From a virus, in the IMG/VR virus record IMGVR_UViG_3300046534_001250, positions 18,034 to 82,033 of that record: a stretch of 64,000 nucleotides of DNA; one strand, given 5' to 3'. Below, one piece after another: positions 26,720 to 35,430 of the stretch. The translations under genes were made by a program, and so were the position numbers. The stretch's first letter is position 1, and the number at the start of each line of letters is the position of its first letter. The notes beneath the pieces are model-generated. The model searched no databases, had not been told where the DNA came from, and saw only the letters and a list, made by a program, of their open reading frames with translations.

Positions 26720-27582
26720 TGCAACTAAACCGAGAGTTGATAGCAGGGGCAGTCGTTGCCGTACTGGCATTTACTCTCAGTTGGGGTATCCAAAGCCAGC
26801 TTGCGCAGGCTAGAGAGTCTGCTATTAGGGCTAGTTACTTAGCTCAAATTGGGGACGTGCAGGCGGACATGGAAGTGGTACGTATTGACGAAGTCTCTTC
26901 AATAGAAGAGATCTTGGCAGAATCATTTTCCGAACGGCAGGACCTGCTAGACAGGATCGTCACCCTGAATGAAGATATTGAAGGCTTGAGGTTTGTAGCA
27001 TCAACAAGAGGCTCACTTTTAGGAAGTGAGCCAGAACCTATAATCATCAGACGCAATGAATTGCCACCAGAACACGTTTACGAGACTGGCGGGCTAACGA
27101 TTGCAGAGTTCAAGGTAGAAGACCTTGGAGACACAGTTAGTTATTCGTTTCCAACCTACGACTTAGAAGTAGAGGCTTCCTTTGTGATAGGGGAGTCGAA
27201 AGCTTCCGTAGATGTTGTGGCTTGGACTAGCTTTGATCCAGAAACAAGAGTAAGGATTGCTCAAGACAGCCAGGTCTTTGACTTGACTAAAGAGCATAAG
27301 GTGTTAACTCCTCAAATTGGTCTAGGTATTACAACGGGGTATCCCAGCGTGGCACCAAGCGGCAGTCTATGGTTTTCAACTATCCATCCGAACCCAAGTT
27401 TAGACTTAGCAGTGCTTAGATTCAGTGGCAATGCTGAAGCCTTAGCAATAGGTATCGACCCAATATCCTACAATGTAGGAAAGCCATTGCCTGTATTGAC
27501 CAACTTGTGGATAGCTCCAGGGGTATCACTGGATACATTAGGCCGTATAAACGGCAACATAACAATAGGAGCTAAGCTATGA
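26719..27582 (+). CDS. Membrane-anchored protein with coiled coil and beta-rich C-terminus (possibly spanin-like)
   Basis: N-terminal TM segment LIAGAVVAVLAFTLSWGI, coiled coil, amphipathic strands ending GNITIGAKL; TAATG start at 26719. Confidence 0.5.
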   Translation: MQLNRELIAGAVVAVLAFTLSWGIQSQLAQARESAIRASYLAQIGDVQADMEVVRIDEVSSIEEILAESFSERQDLLDRIVTLNEDIEGLRFVASTRGSLLGSEPEPIIIRRNELPPEHVYETGGLTIAEFKVEDLGDTVSYSFPTYDLEVEASFVIGESKASVDVVAWTSFDPETRVRIAQDSQVFDLTKEHKVLTPQIGLGITTGYPSVAPSGSLWFSTIHPNPSLDLAVLRFSGNAEALAIGIDPISYNVGKPLPVLTNLWIAPGVSLDTLGRINGNITIGAKL

Positions 27583-27767
27583 GCTACAGAACATACGACT
27601 ATGTATGCAAAAACTTTGAATGCGAAAACCTTGATAAAGTTGACGAGCGTATGATTGAGTACGAAGAACGAGACAGTGCAGAGTGTGAAAACTGTGGAGA
27701 CACGATGAAGCGATTGCCTGCTGGTATACGTACTACTCATCATTCCTGGAGTACCTGGAGAATATAA
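27579..27767 (+). CDS. FmdB-like zinc ribbon protein
   Basis: TYDYVC..C and CENCG..MKRL. Confidence 0.75.
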   Translation: MSYRTYDYVCKNFECENLDKVDERMIEYEERDSAECENCGDTMKRLPAGIRTTHHSWSTWRI

Positions 27768-28507
27768 TGAGTACAGCTGGAAAGCTGATCACAGGCCAAG
27801 ACTTACGAGCTTTCGCACATTGCTCTAGATTCTATGATTTCGGAGGTTCGCTCACAGAGTACGAGCCTCCGCAACTTATTAACAAGACCGCTTTTGAATT
27901 AATGACGTCTGCTGCCATACGACATCCGATAAGCAATTACTTGGGAGCGGTAGTCAAAGCCATCCCGAGAGCAGTAAAGACTCTAGGGTTAAGAAAGAAT
28001 CACCTAGGAGGCCAGGTGGATGCGTGGGAGAATGAAGCCCTAAGGTTCGTCCCTGCGATTTTTGAAACCCTATCTCCGCTGAGATACTTCCCAATCTCTG
28101 GGCCAATGCCTTGGCGTGTGCAAATATCTAGAACACCAGTTGAGGTGACTGCAAATGCCATCTATAGAACCAGGGCCAACCAGACTTTACACGTAATACA
28201 TTTCAGTCCCTACAAGACAACACAAGATCAGCTAAACGATCCTGTTGCGAACATCTTGCTTCATTCGACAAAAGAGTTGGTCAAAGAAGACTACCAAAGG
28301 CCTCGCGTAATGGTCCACGTTTTTGGGAGATCGGGTCTGGGACAGATGACATACAACTCTATCGAATCAAAAACTGCTGACGAAGGGTATACAAACCGAC
28401 TGACATCTATGGTTAGGGCGATGGAAGTTGGGTATTCATATCCAGCAACTCCGTGCCCCAATTCTTTATGTCCATTTCGCAAGCAGTGTTTACCGAGGAT
28501 ATACTAA
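27767..28507 (+). CDS. Degenerate PD-(D/E)xK/Cas4-like protein
   Basis: FAHCSRFY and C-terminal CPNSLCPFRKQC retained; D..ExK replaced by ANAIY..VIHFS. Confidence 0.6.
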   Translation: MSTAGKLITGQDLRAFAHCSRFYDFGGSLTEYEPPQLINKTAFELMTSAAIRHPISNYLGAVVKAIPRAVKTLGLRKNHLGGQVDAWENEALRFVPAIFETLSPLRYFPISGPMPWRVQISRTPVEVTANAIYRTRANQTLHVIHFSPYKTTQDQLNDPVANILLHSTKELVKEDYQRPRVMVHVFGRSGLGQMTYNSIESKTADEGYTNRLTSMVRAMEVGYSYPATPCPNSLCPFRKQCLPRIY

Positions 28508-28818
28508 TGCACGATATAAAAATCATTAATGACGTCCAGCAGCCTATGCCAGAAATACTGGAGAACGGCCCATGGATTCATCATGCGACTTTAAAAGGCA
28601 GTCGAGGTCAAGAATACATTGTGTTCAGACAGGCTGCTACCAACAAGCTATACATTGAACGCGTAGACAATAGCGTGACATGGACTCTAGTCAAGATTAA
28701 GGACGAATCAGAATGGGCAGAAGTTGCTCAATTTTGCGCAGACGCAGGCTTATTACAGATTGATAGCGATGTCAAGGCCTCTAAATCACTAGTGGAGCTA
28801 ATGGATAATGGCAGTTAA
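28507..28818 (+). CDS. Hypothetical protein
   Basis: GAGGA RBS and TAATG start at 28507. Confidence 0.65.
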   Translation: MHDIKIINDVQQPMPEILENGPWIHHATLKGSRGQEYIVFRQAATNKLYIERVDNSVTWTLVKIKDESEWAEVAQFCADAGLLQIDSDVKASKSLVELMDNGS

Positions 28819-29221
28819 AAGTAGATGGACGAATCAGTTCAAAACGTTAGATCACAATTCAAAGTTCCACAATGAAGCAAAACACGTTTTTGCAACAGAC
28901 TCTTTTTTCAAAGGGCTCTCTTGTTATCAAGAAGTACCAGTCGTAGACTTGTGTCCAGGATACCACTCAAATGCACATCGTTTTGATTGGTATATAGAAG
29001 AGCTAAATGCCATTATCGAAATGCATGGGAGGCAGCATTACGTAGCAGTAAACTACGGTAACGCCTCTTACGAAGAGGCGCAAAAGGCTTTTAAAGAAAT
29101 GCAAAACCGAGACAGCGCAAAGAAGCAAGCCGCTCTTGAAGCGGGCTTCACATATACAGAAATCCCATACACATACTACAATAAGCTTGATGCTGAAACG
29201 CTCAAGAATCTTATTCTATAG
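28808..29221 (+). CDS. Vsr/DUF559-like endonuclease
   Basis: RFDWYI..IIEMHGRQHY..RDSAK..IPY. Confidence 0.72.
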   Translation: MAVKSRWTNQFKTLDHNSKFHNEAKHVFATDSFFKGLSCYQEVPVVDLCPGYHSNAHRFDWYIEELNAIIEMHGRQHYVAVNYGNASYEEAQKAFKEMQNRDSAKKQAALEAGFTYTEIPYTYYNKLDAETLKNLIL

Positions 29222-29230
29222 GAGTACAAC

Positions 29231-29896
29231 ATGACAGAAGATGAAACCGTAGTCGAAGAGCCAGTTGAAGAGGAAGGCGTTGAAGGCTTTGATCTCGCAA
29301 CCTTAATAGGCGGAAGCTCACAAGAAGTATGGAGACCAGACACGGTTGCTTTCTTTGGCTCAGCCAATAGGAGTATCTTGATGTCAGGAGAGGTAGACCA
29401 GTCAATGGCAGACGCCATGATCGGGCAACTCCTTCAGCTAGACGAAGAATCTAACGACCCAATCGTAGTCTATATCAATACTCCAGGTGGAGAATTAGAT
29501 AACGCACTTGCTATCTACGATACGATGCAGACTGTCGCTAGTCCAATCTTTACGATTGCAGTCGGATCATGCATGAGCGCAGGGCTATTGCTCCTTCAAG
29601 GTGGAGACGTAAGATCGTCTATGCCGAGAACAAGGCTCATGTATCATGAGCCAATGGCTGGTGCCAACGCCTTCAATAGCGAAGGTGCTGATGCTTTCGC
29701 AGCAAACTACGCTTGGGCCAAGCAGCAAATGAAAGAGATCCTGACAGAAGGAACGAACATCACCGAGAAAGTGTGGAAAGACACTTTCGCAGGGAAGACT
29801 GCAATGTTCCTTTCGGCTCAAGAAGCTCTTGAGCTAGATCTATTAGATGTCATTATGACGTACGCCGATAAGGCAGTATTGCCAGATGGCAAGTAG
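29231..29896 (+). CDS. clpP: ClpP-family protease subunit
   Basis: YINTPGG, AIYDTM, CMSAG (Ser), MYHEP (His), FLSAQEA. Confidence 0.88.
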   Translation: MTEDETVVEEPVEEEGVEGFDLATLIGGSSQEVWRPDTVAFFGSANRSILMSGEVDQSMADAMIGQLLQLDEESNDPIVVYINTPGGELDNALAIYDTMQTVASPIFTIAVGSCMSAGLLLLQGGDVRSSMPRTRLMYHEPMAGANAFNSEGADAFAANYAWAKQQMKEILTEGTNITEKVWKDTFAGKTAMFLSAQEALELDLLDVIMTYADKAVLPDGK

Positions 29897-30236
29897 AGGC
29901 CGAGGCGCCCGACAAAAAGGATTCAACTTTGAGCGTGCTGTAGCCAAGCTTCTAACAGGCTTAACAGGTTTTGAATGGAAGCGTGGGCTAGGGCAAACTC
30001 GTGGCGGTGGAGCAGAGCACGCAGACGTTATTTCAGAACACATGGAAGATATTCATGTAGAATGTAAGCGTCACAAATCAGTATCAATTAAAAAAGCTAT
30101 GGAACAAGCAGTCGGAGACCGTGATCCAGGAGATTTAGCAGTTGTAATCACTAAGGATGATCGTAAAGACATCTTAGTGACTATGCTCTGGGACGACTGG
30201 GCACTAATGTTCGACGTTTACACGGCCAACAGGTAG
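29886..30236 (+). CDS. Holliday junction resolvase (Hjc-like)
   Basis: KGFNFER, ADV, HVECKR. Confidence 0.8.
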   Translation: MASRGRGARQKGFNFERAVAKLLTGLTGFEWKRGLGQTRGGGAEHADVISEHMEDIHVECKRHKSVSIKKAMEQAVGDRDPGDLAVVITKDDRKDILVTMLWDDWALMFDVYTANR

Positions 30237-30240
30237 TACA

Positions 30241-30921
30241 ATGTACAGGTTTTTAAACGTCGATACACGACCAATGCCACTAAGTATTTCTTCTAGAAGT
30301 TTTGCGGCCAGATGGCGTAAAGACTGGCAAAATAAAGCCTGTACAGAAGGACTACTATCTATTATGGAACCGTTCTTTAAGCAGTGGGAACACATGCTTA
30401 CTGATCCAGGCTCCGAAAAAGACATCAATTTTATATCTCTATGCCACTTGCTTGAATCACAAGGAGTGAATCCAACTGCCGCTATGGAAGAGTGGATTCA
30501 CTACGCAGATAATACGACCTCTATCCGAGAGGAGCTGGTCATGTTGTTTCTTACTCAAATGAGCAAGATGCGATATTATCCTACCAAAGCGTCTTCTCGC
30601 ATGGTAGAATATGTGCTAGCTCGTGATTTCAAGCAAAGACTTTGTAAGGAAATCCTAAAAGCAAGCAGGCACCCTATTGACATGCCGGTCAAGGAAGTTA
30701 TATTCACAAGTATTCCTACTCCTTCGTTGGAAAAGGATATTCTGCTTATCAAACATTTAGGTTTGACAGACTGGCAATGGTATTTATTAGAGCTACTCCG
30801 CCAAGGCAAAAGCAGTTTAGAGATAGCTAAAATTACACACATCCCTAGAGAAACATTCTACTACGAGGAACGCGAAATATGGCAGAGACTAAGGCAGATT
30901 TGGCTGATAGCAGAACATTAA
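30241..30921 (+). CDS. Sigma-factor-like/LuxR-type HTH transcription regulator
   Basis: C-terminal LTDWQWYLLELLRQGKSSLEIAKITHIPRETF resembles sigma region 4; helical N-terminal part. Confidence 0.6.
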   Translation: MYRFLNVDTRPMPLSISSRSFAARWRKDWQNKACTEGLLSIMEPFFKQWEHMLTDPGSEKDINFISLCHLLESQGVNPTAAMEEWIHYADNTTSIREELVMLFLTQMSKMRYYPTKASSRMVEYVLARDFKQRLCKEILKASRHPIDMPVKEVIFTSIPTPSLEKDILLIKHLGLTDWQWYLLELLRQGKSSLEIAKITHIPRETFYYEEREIWQRLRQIWLIAEH

Positions 30922-31376
30922 GCAATCAGCAGGCCATTGTAAAGCAACTCATTCGAAAACGTAATGAGCCGGTTCGACATGTAATCCCAGGTGGCGCAAA
31001 CCTACTTGAAAACATTGATGAACGCACACTTAAGCGGGCAGTCAAGACATGGCTAAACCGTGTACGATGGTTTGACCACGTGACTATTAATCTAGTTACA
31101 GATCCAGATACGCGTACTTATTCAGAAAAGAAAGTGGAAGACTTTCCAGAGGATATTATCCTTGCTTGGGATCGAGCAGACCAGGGCAAAGACTGGCTAG
31201 CTGGAATCATGTCTAAACACTTGGCAGAAACCAAAGTGCTCTCAGTAATTGCACGCAAAGACGGACTATACCTACGAGTACCAACAGGTGATAGCACTAT
31301 CGACCCGAAGGATGAAGATTGGGAACCACATCTACTCTTCGGACGTCGGGGTAAGGACGAGTATGCAGTCTTCTAG
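30879..31376 (+). CDS. Hypothetical protein
   Basis: 165-aa ORF, GAGGA RBS. Confidence 0.65.
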   Translation: MAETKADLADSRTLSNQQAIVKQLIRKRNEPVRHVIPGGANLLENIDERTLKRAVKTWLNRVRWFDHVTINLVTDPDTRTYSEKKVEDFPEDIILAWDRADQGKDWLAGIMSKHLAETKVLSVIARKDGLYLRVPTGDSTIDPKDEDWEPHLLFGRRGKDEYAVF

Positions 31377-31551
31377 AACACTGGCTGATGCTGAAGCTGA
31401 GCTTGAGACCCTTAAGGCTAAATACGCCTGGTTGGAACTCGTAGCCAAGGCGCTCAGAGTGGAGATGGGCCGTTTAAGGTCTGACTCAACTATGAGTATC
31501 AAAGCTGGAACTGTACTGATTACAGACTCTGTTGATACTATCAATATGTAG
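31363..31551 (+). CDS. Small coiled-coil protein
   Basis: AAGGA RBS before ATG 31363. Confidence 0.55.
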   Translation: MQSSRTLADAEAELETLKAKYAWLELVAKALRVEMGRLRSDSTMSIKAGTVLITDSVDTINM

Positions 31552-31566
31552 TCGCCCCAGATAATG

Positions 31567-31600
31567 AAAGCCGGTCCTTAGTGGCCGGCTTTTTTTATTT
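31567..31600. terminator. Terminator at the convergence of the replication and virion arms
   Basis: AAAGCCGGTC-cttagt-GGCCGGCTTTTTTTATTT. Confidence 0.85.
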
Positions 31601-31817
31601 ATCCAGTGGGATCTTCTTCGATAGTTTGTACGCGACGCTGGATAGCATCCACTTCAACATGCAGTGCCTGTACATCTGTTTGGGTTATGACGCTCAACTG
31701 CGTAAGTTGGTTAACCGTAACAAAACTATTGATAGCAACTAAGACGTCATTGAGAACGTTCTCAGTCTTACGTAAGCGAACTAAGATTGCTTGATATTGG
31801 TCATCAGATACTGCCAT
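31599..31817 (-). CDS. Small coiled-coil protein
   Basis: GGAGA RBS before ATG 31817 (MAVSDDQY..). Confidence 0.65.
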   Translation of the reverse strand: MAVSDDQYQAILVRLRKTENVLNDVLVAINSFVTVNQLTQLSVITQTDVQALHVEVDAIQRRVQTIEEDPTG

Positions 31818-32157
31818 TTTGTTCTCCAAGTAACACATTGATAGTGCTCTTCATAGACTCTACATTAACTGCCTTGTCATCGAAATACAAGTCAGCTCCA
31901 GGCTTGCCGAAATAAATCTCATCATAAGGCACACCCCATGTATCGAGCTGTAAGCACGTCAGGAAGCCCCAGGCGGCAGTAGCCTGTCCAGGGTTACCCT
32001 TCGAGCTCCCCATCCCTCTAGCGGTATAGACGATGATTGTATGGCCATCCTCGCTCAACTTACGGAGTAGTTGAATCGCTTCTACGTCAGGCTTTGAATC
32101 TATGTAGTCGCCCTCCCCATGACAGAGCGTCTCATCTAAATCAAAACATAATCTCAT
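31804..32157 (-). CDS. HAD phosphatase (capsule-biosynthesis EcbF/BcbF-like)
   Basis: FDLDETL, YTARGM, FGKP, YFDDKA. Confidence 0.85.
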   Translation of the reverse strand: MRLCFDLDETLCHGEGDYIDSKPDVEAIQLLRKLSEDGHTIIVYTARGMGSSKGNPGQATAAWGFLTCLQLDTWGVPYDEIYFGKPGADLYFDDKAVNVESMKSTINVLLGEQNGSI

Positions 32158-33011
32158 GCGTTCTCCCTTAAGGTCCTAATCATTTGCCCACAAACTTCTG
32201 TGGCTTGAATATCCTGCATACACTTGAAGACATACTCGCATTTAGTATACCAGCAACCCAGGCAAGACACCGTACTGGCTACAATCCCCGTATGCGATGG
32301 GTAGTAATTGATGCGTGAATCCGGGGGAGTGCTTCCAAAAAGCACTACAGAAGGAGTCGCTAACGCTCCTGCCATATGCATTGGGCCACTATCTGGTCCG
32401 ATGAAACAATCCGCTTCACCTATTAGCGCACCCATTTCCCGAATGTCAGTACCACTTACATCGATACAGTTACTATAGGAACTCCAATCACGACCACCCT
32501 CCCAATCTAGTATGAGGTAAGTGATTGATAGTTTCTCTGTTCCTGTTATTAGTTCTACGTACCTTTCTATTGGCCAGCTTCTTTTTATGTCATCGCTGGC
32601 CACATGCAGTACGACCATTTTATTGCTTGTTCTTAACGACCTAGCTTGCTCTGCTTCCTTGGCGGTCACTACGTAGAACGGTACCTTGTTCTTCGCTTCT
32701 ACCCCAAGGGCTTTGGCAAACAAGTCTATTCGATTCACTAATGGTAATCCCTTGTGCTCTTGTCTTATACATACTGATGATACATCTATTACTTTGTCAT
32801 AAGAACTATGGTTGATGCGCCGAGAATCAATAAGTTCATCTACAAACGGACACCCAGCAAGCAGCTGGGAGTACGTGCTAGTACTCAGGTCGATAGCGAA
32901 CGTAACATGTACACCAGTTTCCTTAAGTGCTCGAAGCCCCGGAGTAAGCATAAGCACATCGCCTACGCCTCCAGTCCTACGAAGTATACAAACTCTTTCT
33001 ACAATAGACAT
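32154..33011 (-). CDS. GT9 glycosyltransferase (ADP-heptose:LPS heptosyltransferase-like)
   Basis: GGVGDVLMLTP, KRSWPIERY, IGPDSGPMHMAGAL, VLFG, C-terminal CLGC..C..CM. Confidence 0.88.
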   Translation of the reverse strand: MSIVERVCILRRTGGVGDVLMLTPGLRALKETGVHVTFAIDLSTSTYSQLLAGCPFVDELIDSRRINHSSYDKVIDVSSVCIRQEHKGLPLVNRIDLFAKALGVEAKNKVPFYVVTAKEAEQARSLRTSNKMVVLHVASDDIKRSWPIERYVELITGTEKLSITYLILDWEGGRDWSSYSNCIDVSGTDIREMGALIGEADCFIGPDSGPMHMAGALATPSVVLFGSTPPDSRINYYPSHTGIVASTVSCLGCWYTKCEYVFKCMQDIQATEVCGQMIRTLRENA

Positions 33012-33018
33012 TCAAAGA

Positions 33019-35430
33019 CTAGAGTAAGTCCCAGGCAACAGAGACATGAGAGATCCGAGCAATAACCGGAGCTGCGGCTGCAGTCTTGATCCCATAGTAA
33101 ACCTGGCCTAAATATTCACTAGCAGGATTAAGGACATTGGTAGCTCCGGTTACAACAATTACGTCATTCATTGAAAGTGTTACTTGGCCACCGGCATTAA
33201 CAGAGAACTTAACTGCAAGTGGAGTATCAGCAGCCGCAGGGACTCCGGTATCTGTAACAGTATCAACACCGACAGCAGAAGTAACTAGGTACCAATTCGC
33301 AGAAGTACTATCATAACGAATAATCATTTTTTCATCGTCTGATGTATCGTCGAAAATATCAATATCTTCACGAATGCCAAACTCTACACGCTGACTAGTC
33401 AAGGTATCAAGGCTTATGACAGTAGCCAATACAACCTTAGACGTTGTGCTGTACTTGGCTATAGAAGTAACCTTTCCGCCCTGCCAGCGATTTGTATGAT
33501 CGCTGTATTCAGGAGAGATAACAGTACAATCATTAGCTGCGGTATTAGTTACCAATGCAATGTAGCTTTCTGAAAAACCACTGACAGTTGGGTTGTTGAC
33601 TCCGCCTAAACCAAAGATGTGATTGGAGCTAAAAGTAGATACTGCTTCAGGGCGTAACTCAAACCCCTCACGAAACACAGCCCGGCTTCTAGTATTGGCA
33701 ATATCGTAACGTAAGTCGCCAGCAATTGTATCTACAATCTCAGCATCAAGGGTAATAGCACCACGAGTACCGGTTGGGGAAGCACCCGTTGTGATAGTGA
33801 TATCTCCCGAGTCATCATCTGTACTGTCTCCAGTCAGGATGTTGATCGCTCCCGAAGGAGGAGTAGAGCCATCAGAACCAACATCACCTGTGCGGATTGT
33901 AATGGGGGAAGTATAGTAGTTGCTGTCTGCTGTTTCGATTAAGATCTTCGACTCAGTAGTAGCCCCCGCCAACATGTGAATAATACCACCACCACCAGCT
34001 CCACCACTGGTACTGCTACCAGTGTGAAGATCCAGGTTTCCAGTATCGCCACTGACCGTGTCCGCAGTATGGATAAAGATCCCGCCACTATTCTGATCAC
34101 TTGTACCGGTATACATATAAATAGCACCAGTAGTAGCTTCTGAGGTACCAGTTCTCAATGACAGGTCACCAGACTGTGAAGTATCGGTACCGTTGCCAGT
34201 CAATATTGAAACAGTACCAGTAAAATCTCCAACAGCACTATCGCGAGCCTCGCTAGTAATAGTTACGCCTTCTGGATAAGTGTTGCCATCTTTACCATTA
34301 GAAGATTTAATCAACACCCCGCCGTCACTAAAGCCACTAGAAGGCTCTTGTGCTCCGGGTGTGATCGTAATGCGCCCAAAGCGATTTGTCGCAGAGGCTC
34401 CAGTAAAGAGACTCAAGTCACCACTCTTCTCATCAGAGTCACCAGAGTAAATGAAAACTTGCCCACTATCACCGCTAGTTCCAGAGCCAGCATCAGCCAA
34501 GCCAGAATAGATCTTGACTTCACCTGTATCGCCAGCGGTACCACCGGCATCAGTCGTAGTGGTATTTCCGGAGCGTACTGTAACTGCTCCTGAGCCAGTG
34601 CCAATTTTGTTGTTGGTTACGGTTCTAATACCTGTTTCAATTACAATGGGAACCGTAGCAGCTGTTTCAGCTACATCAGTTACTGCAACAGTGGCAAAAT
34701 CAACTGTTGATCCTGAGTATCTTGCATAGCCATTAAGAGCTGTACCAAAAGACAGCAAATCCCCATCAGAAACAACAGGGTTTGTGCCGTTGGATGTCTC
34801 CCCGATTAAGAGGCTTGCTCCCCAGCCAGCTAAACCAGCAAGGCTAAGAGTAGGGTAAGAGTCAGTGTAGCTCAAGCCAGTAGGCGAGTAGCCATTAAAC
34901 AGATTGCCAACAGCATCAATAATTTGAGCTAAAGGATGCGACAAATCTGATAAGCCATCACCATCAAGGGTGTAGTTGTCGCCAAAAGCATCTACAACGA
35001 CCTGATCCAAATCAAGATCGTTGGCTGTGATAAGACCACGAACAGCAGTGTCGTCATAAGCACTGGCTTCTGCCGCAGTAATAGCGTTTTCAATTCGCGC
35101 AATCTCTGCCAAAAGTACATCAACCGTTTCTTTGATTGTAAGTTTCCGACCAAGACCACTATCGTAATAAACTTCGGCACCAGAGCTATTAGCTTCTACG
35201 TGCGTGTAGATTGCATTGCCAGACAAGCCAAGGGTCTGAGGATCAACCCCAGTTACTTCAGCTAGCTTAACCATTAATGGATAGTAGACAGTGTTCAACT
35301 GATTAATTAAGTTAGCAATGTCTGCCTTAGTGTTGGCAACATGTGCTGTACGTTGCGCAACAGTTTGAAGAGTGCCGCTACTCGCACCAGTTCTCTGTGT
35401 GAGGATTTCGAGGTCGGTAGACAATGGCAT
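33019..35430 (-). CDS. Putative tail fibre with Gly/Thr beta-repeat shaft and C-terminal lectin-like domain
   Basis: Many (S/T)GxhxhxTG repeats; helical N-terminus; beta-sandwich C-terminus. Confidence 0.7.
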   Translation of the reverse strand: MPLSTDLEILTQRTGASSGTLQTVAQRTAHVANTKADIANLINQLNTVYYPLMVKLAEVTGVDPQTLGLSGNAIYTHVEANSSGAEVYYDSGLGRKLTIKETVDVLLAEIARIENAITAAEASAYDDTAVRGLITANDLDLDQVVVDAFGDNYTLDGDGLSDLSHPLAQIIDAVGNLFNGYSPTGLSYTDSYPTLSLAGLAGWGASLLIGETSNGTNPVVSDGDLLSFGTALNGYARYSGSTVDFATVAVTDVAETAATVPIVIETGIRTVTNNKIGTGSGAVTVRSGNTTTTDAGGTAGDTGEVKIYSGLADAGSGTSGDSGQVFIYSGDSDEKSGDLSLFTGASATNRFGRITITPGAQEPSSGFSDGGVLIKSSNGKDGNTYPEGVTITSEARDSAVGDFTGTVSILTGNGTDTSQSGDLSLRTGTSEATTGAIYMYTGTSDQNSGGIFIHTADTVSGDTGNLDLHTGSSTSGGAGGGGIIHMLAGATTESKILIETADSNYYTSPITIRTGDVGSDGSTPPSGAINILTGDSTDDDSGDITITTGASPTGTRGAITLDAEIVDTIAGDLRYDIANTRSRAVFREGFELRPEAVSTFSSNHIFGLGGVNNPTVSGFSESYIALVTNTAANDCTVISPEYSDHTNRWQGGKVTSIAKYSTTSKVVLATVISLDTLTSQRVEFGIREDIDIFDDTSDDEKMIIRYDSTSANWYLVTSAVGVDTVTDTGVPAAADTPLAVKFSVNAGGQVTLSMNDVIVVTGATNVLNPASEYLGQVYYGIKTAAAAPVIARISHVSVAWDLL

